Shown here one piece after another: positions 56,575 to 64,000 of a DNA stretch of 64,000 bases (positions are counted from its first letter, which is position 1; every line of letters starts with the position of its first letter). Under the pieces are notes generated by a model, which was given only the letters and a program-made list of their open reading frames with translations, made no database searches and was not told the DNA's origin. Source of the DNA: an uncultured Thermoleophilia bacterium (GTDB taxonomy: Bacteria; Actinomycetota; Thermoleophilia; UBA2241); contig CAVUBA010000031.1 of NCBI GenBank assembly GCA_963739595.1, positions 7,375 through 71,374 of the forward strand, written 5' to 3'. The position numbers and the translations under genes are program-made.

Positions 56575-57958
56575 ATGGAAGGTATCCCGACGCGTATGGG
56601 CGACGGGTCGCTGGTGCGGATGACCCGGGCGCAGATCGAGGCCGACATCCACGCCGGCAGTCGAGGCGGGCGCCAGGCGGGCCAAGGTCGAGCCGCTGGG
56701 CGACGACGAGATCGCGCACCTCGCCGACATCTTCGCGAGCCGCGCCCGGTTCAGCGCGGTCGACATCGGCGACGAGGTCATCCTCACGTCCGACGGCGTC
56801 GGCAGCCAGGACGCCGGCTCGCGCATCACCGACCTGCAGAACTACGAGCAGACGATCTGCACCGACACGGTCGAGCTGTATCACCACGACTACTCGTTCA
56901 AGCCGATCAAGCCGGTCCTGCCGTTCGAGCAGGAGATCATGCGCCAGACGCAGCTGCTGCTCACCATCCCGGTCGCCTACGGCGCGATGCCGGACCTCGG
57001 GCGCTACACCGTGCCCGACGGCCCGGTCCCCAACTGGTCGCAACTGCTGCCGCTGGGCCGCATCGACGAAGCCCGTGCGGCCCAGGAAGAGGCCGTGGAG
57101 GCCGCGGTCGAGGACATCGTCTACGTCGCCGAAGGCATGTACGAGGCCGGCGCCGACGGCATCAACCTGGACACGGCGGGGGCGGCCGGCGACGCCGACT
57201 TCCTGGCCGCCCTCAAGGCCATCGAGCGCATCCGCGCGAGGCATCCGGACTGGAGCATCCAGATCGGCATGGCGAGCGAGTTCGTGCTCGGCATGCACGG
57301 AGGACTCGAGTACGACGGCGTCCGCCTGGCCGGCCTGTGGCCGGCCGCCCAGATGCGACTGGCGGCCAAGGCCGGCGTCTCCATCTTCGGGCCGGCCATC
57401 AACGTCAACACGGGCAAGACGGTGGCCTGGAACGTGGCGCGCACCTGCACCATCGTCAAACCGTGCACGGACGCCGCCACGATCCCCATCCACCTCAACG
57501 GGGGGATGGGCGTGGGCGGCGTCCCCATGCACGCGCTGCCGCCGGTCGACGCCGTCTCGCGCGCCTCGCGCGCGTGCGTCGACGTCCTGCGGCTCGACGG
57601 CTTGTAGATCGGCGCCGGCGACAACCACAGCCAGGGGATCGGCCATGGTGTCGCGTCGGGGATGGGCGGATTGCGGACCGCCGGAGATCTGGTGGCCCGC
57701 GTGCAGATGACCCGACGGATGCGGCTTCCCGAGGCGAAGGCCTACGTGGCGGACAAGCTGGGCGTGAGCCCGGCCGACCTGAGCGACCCCGTGACGATGT
57801 CGGACGTCCGCCGCGAGCGCGGACTCGGGACGATCCCCACGGAGGACACGGCGACGGTCAACGACGCGCTGGCGATCGAGGCCAAGGTCAACATCGCCCG
57901 CGTGCTCGACGTGCCGGTGCGCTCGGTCGAGCGGTTCCGGGCGCTCACGGGCGGCTGA
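56575..57958 (+). CDS. mtbB: Dimethylamine methyltransferase MtbB homolog, copy 1; in-frame TAG at 57605-57607 at the pyrrolysine position; also one frame disruption near 56659
   Basis: Family-wide motifs: RMGDG, YGAMPDLGRY..PDGP, ADGINLDTAGAAGDAD, GMASEFVLGMHG, GKTVAWNVAR, GMGVGGVP, PPVDAVSRAS. Then LDGL-TAG-IGAGD, followed in the same frame (ORF 57662-57958) by LRTAGDLVARVQMTRRMRLPEAKAYVADKLGV. Typed CDS because the TAG is interpreted as recoding. Confidence 0.8.
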
Positions 57959-58012
57959 GCCGGGCGGCCGAGCGACCCCCTCGCGAGACCTGCCGCCGCG
58001 CTCAGCGCCCGG

Positions 58013-59173
58013 TCAGGGCGCGACCAGCGGCACGGTGCCGAGCTGTCCGCCGTCGGCGTAGTAGACCGCGGTCCCGAGAGGGGCGCCCTGGGCCGGCGGT
58101 CCCGCCAGGCTCTGGGGCAGCCCTTCGAGGACGACGCTCACGTCCGCCGCGAGTCGACACATGGCGCTAAGCCCCGATGCCGCGACGGCGTCTACCTGGC
58201 CGCCCGTGTCGATGGGAATCTGGGCCACGACGGCGCCGGCCTCGACGATCGCGCGCTTGCCGTAGAGCGCGTCGGCCCACTTGTAGAGCTTGAGCGCGTC
58301 CTTGAACTCCTGGGTTCTCGTGGGCTCATGCATGGTGACCACGATGAAGCTCCTGTTGTGGTACTTGCCTGACGCAACGAGGACACGTCCGGCCCCCGCC
58401 GTGGAGCCCGTCTTGATGCCGTTCACCCAGTCGAACGTCTCATTGAAGATGTTGTGCGAGTGAAGGTGCGCGATGTGGTTGGGCGGCCACTTGACCGTCG
58501 CGTAGACACGCCAGGCGAGATCGCGGAAGCGCGCGTTGCGCATCGCCACCCGGCCCAGCTCCGCGAGGTCGCGCGCGCTCGTGTAGTGCCCCGGCGTGAC
58601 CTGGCCCGACGAGTTGACGTAGTGAGTGTTCGCGAGGCCGAGCTGGGCGGCTCTTGCGTTCATGAGGACGGCGAACCTGGGCTCGCTGCCGGAGACGCGC
58701 GTCGCCAGCGTCACGGCGCAATCGGTGGCGCTCTTCACCATGAGGCCGAGCAGCAGGTTGTGTACGGTGATGCGGTCTCCGGCATGGAGGCCGAGTACTG
58801 CGCCACGCACGTGCATGGCCGCGCGGGGGACGGTCACGTACTGATCGAGGTTCTTGAGGTGCTCGAGGACCAGCATGGCCGTCATGACCTTGGTGCACGA
58901 GGCCGGGAGCAGGTGACGGTCGGGCGCCTTCGCGTAGAGGATGTAGCCAGTGGAGCGGTCCATGACCACGGACGACCAGGCCTGGACCGTAGGGCCAGCC
59001 GGGGCGGTCGTGGCCGCTTTCGCCCCGGATCCCCGGTCGCGGACGACCGCCAGTGCGACGGCAAGCGCCACGATCAGGAGCAGCGTCGCGAGCGCCAGCA
59101 CGACGCGCCTGCGGGCGCGCCCGGACGATGAGCGCGTGCGCTTCGAGTCCTCCATGCAAGTAGCATACCCCAC
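58013..59173 (-). CDS. D-alanyl-D-alanine carboxypeptidase (peptidase S11)
   Basis: N-terminal TM/signal segment, an SxxK active site (ASCTKVMT) and an SGN-type motif (NSSG). The start could be ATG 59155. Confidence 0.8.
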   Translation of the reverse strand: MGYATCMEDSKRTRSSSGRARRRVVLALATLLLIVALAVALAVVRDRGSGAKAATTAPAGPTVQAWSSVVMDRSTGYILYAKAPDRHLLPASCTKVMTAMLVLEHLKNLDQYVTVPRAAMHVRGAVLGLHAGDRITVHNLLLGLMVKSATDCAVTLATRVSGSEPRFAVLMNARAAQLGLANTHYVNSSGQVTPGHYTSARDLAELGRVAMRNARFRDLAWRVYATVKWPPNHIAHLHSHNIFNETFDWVNGIKTGSTAGAGRVLVASGKYHNRSFIVVTMHEPTRTQEFKDALKLYKWADALYGKRAIVEAGAVVAQIPIDTGGQVDAVAASGLSAMCRLAADVSVVLEGLPQSLAGPPAQGAPLGTAVYYADGGQLGTVPLVAP

Positions 59174-59227
59174 GGAGCGGTTCCCGCGGCGCGCGGGACT
59201 GGGTACACTTGCCGCGCACTCTCGCGG

Positions 59228-59303
59228 GCCGGCGTAGCTCAGTTGGCAGAGCAGCCGCCTTGTAAGCGGCAGGTCGACGGTTCGAACCCGCCCGCCGGCT
59301 CCA
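59228..59303 (+). tRNA. tRNA-Thr (anticodon TGT), CCA encoded
   Basis: GCCGGCG-TA-GCTCAGTTGGCAGAGC-A-GCCGC-CTTGTAA-GCGGC-AGGTC-GACGGTTCGAACCCGCC-CGCCGGC-T-CCA (one mismatch in the T stem). Confidence 0.88.
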
Positions 59304-59571
59304 GCGCGGGAGCGCCGCCTGGGGGTCGTCGGGAGGCGGGGTCGGTCGGCCGCGACCGGTCCGCAGCCGGCCCCGGTCTTTGAGCCCTTGAGAGGCTCTG
59401 CGGGCAGGCCGTCCGGCCGGTGGCGCCTCCCGAGCGCGCCGCTGTAGACTGGCGCGCGGAGGCCCGCCGGACAGCGGTCGAATCGCTTCGCTCACAACGT
59501 GGAAGCTCGCGGGCCTCGCACGCTCCCACGGCGCAGGCGGTCGATCCGGATGAAGCACGGAGGTGATGCTG

Positions 59572-60962
59572 TTGGAGCCCAGGATCCCCACTCGCATGGG
59601 TGATGGGTCGCTCGTCGAGATGACCCGCTCCGAGATCAAGGCCGATCTCGAAGAAGGCACCCGGATCGCGGCCAAGAAGGCCAAGGTCGACGTCCTCACG
59701 CAGGACGAGCTCGACCACCTGCTCGACATCTACGCATCGGCCGCGCGCTTCACCGCGGTCGACATCGGCGAAGAGGTCGTGCTCAGCAACGACGGCACCG
59801 GGACCAAGCACATCGGCAACCGCGTGCAGGACCTGCAGAGCTACGAGACGCTGCTCGGCGTCGACATCCCCGAGCTGTGGCAGGCCGACTACTCCTACAA
59901 GGCCGTCAAGACCAACGTGGCCCACGAGGGCCAGAGCATGAAGATCGCGCAGGCGCTGCTCACCAACCCGGTGCAGTACGGCGCCATGCCCGACCTGGGC
60001 CGCTACTCGAAGCCTGACGGCCCCATCCCCAACTGGTCCGAGCTGCTGCCGATGGGCAAGATCGACGAGGCGCGCGACGCCCAGGTCGAGGCCTGCGCGA
60101 TGCTGGTCGAGGACATCAACTTCGTCGCCGACGCCATGGTCGAGGCCGGCGCCGACGGCATCGACATGGACACGACGGGGGCGGCGGGCGACGCCGACTT
60201 CCTCGCCGCCCTCACCGCCTGCCGCATGCTGCGCGAGAAGTACCCGTGGCTGGGCATCGAGATCGGCATGGCGAGCGAGTTCGTCCTCGGCATGCACGGC
60301 CAGCTCGAGTTCGACGGCGAGCGCCTCGCCGGCATGTGGCCCAAGAAGCAGCTCGAGATGGTCACCGCGGCCGGCGCCAGCATCTACGGCCCGGCCGTCA
60401 ACATCAACACCGGCAAGTCGACCGCCTGGAACATCGCCCGGGCGATCACCTTCATCAAGCCGGCCGCCGAGGTCGCCACGATCCCGGTCCACGTCAACGT
60501 GGGCATGGGCGTCGGCGGCGTCCCGACGTGCCTGTTCCCGCCCGCCGACGCGACGATCGCGGGCCAGCAAGGCCTTCGTCGAGATCCTCAAGATCGACGG
60601 CTACTAGGTGGGCACGGGCGACCCTCTCGGCATGGAGGGAGCCCACACGCAGGCGTCCGGCATGGGCGGTATGCGGGCGGCGGGAGATCTCGTCGCTCGG
60701 ATGCAGATGACCAGGCGTATGCGTCTCAAGGAAGCCAAGCAGTACGTGGCCGGCAAGCTCGGCTGCACCACGCGCGACCTTTCCGATCCGGTCGCCATGG
60801 AGACCATCCGGCAGGACCACGGCCTCGGCCTTGCTCAGCATGACCTCCTCCACGCATCCGGCGCTGCCGGGCATGATGGAGGCCAAGTTCAACATCAGCA
60901 AGCTGCTCGACATCCCGATCAACTCGGTCGAGCGGTTCAAGGAGCGCACCTCGGGCTACTGA
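59572..60962 (+). CDS. mtbB: Dimethylamine methyltransferase MtbB homolog, copy 2; in-frame TAG at 60605-60607 at the pyrrolysine position; also frame disruptions near 60556 and 60830
   Basis: Same motif series as copy 1 (roughly two-thirds identical by eye). KIDGY-TAG-VGTGDPLGM closely matches archaeal VDGI-Pyl-IGVGDPLGM. Continuation MRAAGDLVARMQMTRRMRLKEAKQYVAGKLG and the tail MMEAKFNISKLLDIPINSVERF read through to TGA 60960-60962. TTG 59572 lies 8 nt after GGAGG (the ORF track starts at 59563). Confidence 0.8.
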
Positions 60963-61040
60963 CGCAGCTGAGCGGCGCGGGGAGGGGCGGGAGGACCGCC
61001 CCCGCACGCGCCGCCGGGTCGCAGTTCGAGCGTCGCCTTC

Positions 61041-61078
61041 AGAGGGCGGCGGGCCCACGGCCCGCCGCCCTCTTCTTC
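61041..61078 (+). terminator. Intrinsic terminator after mtbB copy 2
   Basis: Perfect 15-bp stem AGAGGGCGGCGGGCC / GGCCCGCCGCCCTCT with a 3-nt loop, followed by TCTTC. Confidence 0.7.
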
Positions 61079-61203
61079 GCCTCGCGCCACGCATCGGTCT
61101 GCGTTCAGCGTACACAAAGGCGCGGTTCTGTTGGCGGCGGCGCACTTTCTTAGGCTCACCACGCAGCTCTCGGCGCGTAGAGCCTGCATAGTGATGCGCG
61201 TGC

Positions 61204-61233
61204 TTGTCACGCGCCACACGCTCGAACTAGAAT
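61204..61233 (+). promoter_or_regulatory. Putative promoter of the ABC transporter operon
   Basis: TTGTCA-18 nt-TAGAAT, 35 nt upstream of ATG 61268. Confidence 0.4.
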
Positions 61234-61267
61234 GCACCACTCGTTCGTGGCACTCGAAAGGAGAACC

Positions 61268-62281
61268 ATGCTCCGCTCGTTCAGACTGGCCTTCGCGCTG
61301 GCGGTCGTGCTTCTGCTCGCCGTCGCCGGCGTCGCCGCCGGTTGCGGCAGCAGCAGCTCGAGCTCGACCAGCAGCGCGAGCCCCACCGCCGCCACCTCCA
61401 AGGCCTACAAGATCGGCATCACCCAGATCGTCACCCATCCGGCGCTCGACGCCGCCGTGCAGGGGTTCAAGGATGCCCTGGCGGAGAAGGGCTACACCAA
61501 CGTCTCCTACGACATGCAGAACGCCCAGGGCGACATGGCGACCGCCGCCAGCATCGCGCAGAAGTTCGCCGGCGAGAAGCTCGACCTGATCCTCGGCGTC
61601 GCGACCCCGACGACGCAGGCCGTGGTGAAGGCCGTCACGACGACGCCGATCGTGTTCACCGCCGTCACCGACCCCGTCGGCGCCGGCCTCGTGACCGATC
61701 CCAAGGCTCCGACCGCCAACGTGACCGGCGTCAGCGACCTGCAGCCGGTCAAGCCGATCCTCGAGCTGGCGAAGCAGCTCAACCCCAACGCTCAGAGCGT
61801 GGGCATCGTCTACAACGCCGGCGAGTCCAACTCCGTCTTCATCGTGAAGCAGGTCGAGGCTACGGCCGGCCCACTCGGCCTCCGCATCATCAAGGCTCCT
61901 GCCAGCACGTCGGCCGAGGTGCAGGCGGCGGCCCAGTCGCTGGTCGGCCGCGTCGATGCGATCACCGTGATCGGCGACAACACCGCCGTCTCGGCGCTCG
62001 AGGCGATCGTCAAGGTCTGCGACCAGAACAAGATCCCGCTGATCGTCGGCGACACCGACAGCGTCAAGCGCGGCGCCGCCGCGGGCTACGGCTTCGACTA
62101 CAAGGACCTGGGCAAGCAGGCCGGCTACCAGGCCGCCCAGATCCTCAGCGGCACGCCGATCAAGGACATCCCGGTCGAGTACGCCAAGAACCTGCAGCTC
62201 TCGATCAACGAGAAGGCCGCGGCGGCTCAGGGCGTCACCATCCCGGCCGACCTGGCGAGCCAGGCCGTCAACAAGTTCTGA
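61268..62281 (+). CDS. ABC transporter substrate-binding lipoprotein (ABC_sub_bind family; the 'putative tryptophan/tyrosine transport system' type)
   Basis: Signal peptide with lipobox VAAGC, a Ser-rich linker and a periplasmic-binding fold. AAAGGAG ribosome-binding site. Confidence 0.75.
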   Translation: MLRSFRLAFALAVVLLLAVAGVAAGCGSSSSSSTSSASPTAATSKAYKIGITQIVTHPALDAAVQGFKDALAEKGYTNVSYDMQNAQGDMATAASIAQKFAGEKLDLILGVATPTTQAVVKAVTTTPIVFTAVTDPVGAGLVTDPKAPTANVTGVSDLQPVKPILELAKQLNPNAQSVGIVYNAGESNSVFIVKQVEATAGPLGLRIIKAPASTSAEVQAAAQSLVGRVDAITVIGDNTAVSALEAIVKVCDQNKIPLIVGDTDSVKRGAAAGYGFDYKDLGKQAGYQAAQILSGTPIKDIPVEYAKNLQLSINEKAAAAQGVTIPADLASQAVNKF

Positions 62282-62376
62282 TCTTCACCGGCTCGCGTCG
62301 GTCGCGAGCGCGATAGACTGGAGGGGGCCGGAGCCGCGGGAGCGGCTCCGGCCCCCGACCTCGGAAGGACCCGCTC

Positions 62377-63279
62377 GTGCTCGTCACCATCCAGAGCGCT
62401 GTGCTCCAGGGGCTCATCTACAGCTTCATGGTGCTCGGCGTGTTCATCACTTTCAGGGTGCTCGACTTCCCCGACCTCACGGTCGACGGGAGCCTGCCGC
62501 TGGGGGCGGCGGTCACGGGCGCCCTCATCGTCGGCGGCCATTCGCCGCTGCTGGCCACCGGCGCCGGCGTGGCCGCGGGCCTCGGCGCCGGCGTCGTCAC
62601 CGGGTTCCTGCACATCCTCCTCAAGTCCGGCGAGAGCGACTCCGCCAACTACGGTCCCAAGCTGCTCGCCGGGATCCTCACGATGACCGCTCTCTACACG
62701 GTCAACCTGCGGATCATGGGCCGCAGCAACATCCCGCTGCTCGGGGTACAGGTCATCTTCGACAAGGTCGGGGCTCTCTTCGACCTGACGATGATCGGCT
62801 GGAACATCGTGATCGCGGTGGGCGTGCTCACCGTGGTCGTCAAGTACATCCTGGACTGGCTCCTGCACACCGAGTTCGGCCTCACGCTGCAGGCGACCGG
62901 CGACAACGAGCAGATGATCCGCTCGCTGGGGACCAACACCAATGTCACGCGCATCGTCGGGCTCGCCGTCGCCAACGGTCTCGTCGCGCTTACAGGCTCT
63001 CTCGTCGCCCAGCAGCAGGGGTTCGCCGACGTCGGCATGGGCATCGGCACGATCGTCGCCGGCCTCGCCGGCGTGATCATGGGCGAGGTCATCTTCGGCG
63101 TGCGCAGCGTCAGCTGGGTCCTGTTCAGCGTGATCGGCGGCTCGATCGTCTACCGCTTCCTGATCGCCATCAGCCTCCGACTCGGCATCGCGCCGACCGA
63201 CCTCAAGCTGCTCACCGCGGTGCTGGTCGTGGTGGCGCTCTCGATCCCCACCGTGCGGAAGAAGGTCGTGCGGCTGTGA
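62377..63279 (+). CDS. ABC transporter permease (partner of the ABC_sub_bind system)
   Basis: Polytopic 300-aa protein. The stop overlaps the next start (GTGA). Confidence 0.75.
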   Translation: MLVTIQSAVLQGLIYSFMVLGVFITFRVLDFPDLTVDGSLPLGAAVTGALIVGGHSPLLATGAGVAAGLGAGVVTGFLHILLKSGESDSANYGPKLLAGILTMTALYTVNLRIMGRSNIPLLGVQVIFDKVGALFDLTMIGWNIVIAVGVLTVVVKYILDWLLHTEFGLTLQATGDNEQMIRSLGTNTNVTRIVGLAVANGLVALTGSLVAQQQGFADVGMGIGTIVAGLAGVIMGEVIFGVRSVSWVLFSVIGGSIVYRFLIAISLRLGIAPTDLKLLTAVLVVVALSIPTVRKKVVRL

Positions 63280-64000
63280 GCGCTCCCGCCGAACTCAAGC
63301 TCAGCGGCCTCCGCAAGGTCTTCTTCGCGGGCACCGCCAACGAGGTCGCGGCTCTCCGCGGCATCGACCTCGACGTGCCGGCCGGGCAGTTCGTGACGAT
63401 CATCGGCTCCAACGGCTCCGGCAAGTCGACCCTGCTCAACGCCGTCGCCGGCACGTTCCCGCTCACGGATGGCAAGGTCCTGCTCGGCGACCGCGACGTG
63501 ACCAGGCAGGCGGAGCACGTGCGCAGCCGCTCGATCGGCCGGGTCTTCCAGGACCCGCGCGCCGGCACCGCGCCGTCCATGACCATCGAGGAGAACCTCG
63601 CCATGTCGCTGCTCCGCTCGCGGCGCAGCGGCCTGCGCATCGGCGTCACGAACAAGCGGCGCGAGGCGATGCGCGGGCAGCTCTCGCGCCTCGGCATGGG
63701 GCTCGAGGGGCGGCTCAAGGCTGGGGTGAACAAGCTGTCGGGCGGCCAGCGGCAGGCGATGTCCCTGCTCATGGCTACGATCGCCGAGCCCAGCCTCCTG
63801 CTGCTGGACGAGCACACCGCGGCGCTCGACCCCAAGGTCGCGGCGACGATCATGGACCTCACCGGCGAGATCGTCGCCGAGCGCAAGCTCACCACGCTCA
63901 TGGTCACCCACAACATGGAGCTGGCGCTGCGCTACGGCGACCGGCTGATCATGATGCATGCCGGCCAGGTCGTCCTCGACCTCGCCAGCGAGCAGAAGCA
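63276..64000 (+). CDS. ABC transporter ATP-binding protein, 3'-truncated by the window edge
   Basis: Walker A GSNGSGKST, signature LSGGQRQ and Walker B LLLLDE. Not in the ORF track because no stop lies in the window. Confidence 0.85.
   Translation, partial: MSAPAELKLSGLRKVFFAGTANEVAALRGIDLDVPAGQFVTIIGSNGSGKSTLLNAVAGTFPLTDGKVLLGDRDVTRQAEHVRSRSIGRVFQDPRAGTAPSMTIEENLAMSLLRSRRSGLRIGVTNKRREAMRGQLSRLGMGLEGRLKAGVNKLSGGQRQAMSLLMATIAEPSLLLLDEHTAALDPKVAATIMDLTGEIVAERKLTTLMVTHNMELALRYGDRLIMMHAGQVVLDLASEQK

Noticed and set aside
57605-57607. The in-frame TAG codons of the mtbB genes as further sequencing errors or simple nonsense mutations
   Set aside because: Both diverged paralogs carry TAG at the same alignment position, and that position coincides with the known Pyl codon of archaeal MtbB. 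Conserved sequence continues in the same frame. The indel-type errors seen elsewhere do not create such a pattern.

Overview
Very GC-rich (roughly 70% by eye) bacterial chromosomal segment with Actinomycetota-type gene order. I support about 55 protein genes and 3 tRNAs. I saw no rRNA, CRISPR array, transposase or integrase. Layout: (1) 1-9.9 kb holds tRNA-Leu and the conserved fhaA-fhaB-pstP-rodA-pbpA-pknB cluster, preceded by an extra membrane Ser/Thr kinase. (2) 9.9-17.5 kb holds transporters, an Asp23-family gene, an amidohydrolase, a TPR protein and a STAS protein. (3) 17.5-22.9 kb holds topA-tmk-holB-PSP1-copZ-like and tRNA-Lys. (4) 23.1-27.9 kb is an inositol-lipid cluster: PAP2, CDP-alcohol phosphatidyltransferase, ino1, and a GT4 glycosyltransferase fused to a PHP domain. 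(5) 28-36 kb holds mixed housekeeping and hypothetical genes. (6) 36.5-39 kb encodes a secreted cytochrome c with nine CXXCH haem motifs. (7) 40.8-48 kb is a heat-shock operon, dnaK-hsp20-grpE-dnaJ-hspR-clpC. (8) 48-56 kb holds c-di-GMP signalling genes, surE, a HAD hydrolase and ligA. (9) 56.5-61 kb holds two paralogous dimethylamine methyltransferase (MtbB, Dimeth_PyL family) genes. (10) 61.2-64 kb is an ABC importer. The most interesting signal is in the two mtbB paralogs. Each carries an in-frame TAG at the position of the UAG-encoded pyrrolysine in archaeal MtbB, and conserved sequence continues in frame downstream. TAG is also an ordinary stop codon in at least 8 neighbouring genes. No pyl genes or CUA-anticodon tRNA are visible in the window. 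Major caveat: at least 21 single-nucleotide reading-frame disruptions are scattered through otherwise well conserved genes, including essential ones. This points to uncorrected sequencing or assembly indels, so every pseudogene call here means 'as sequenced'.
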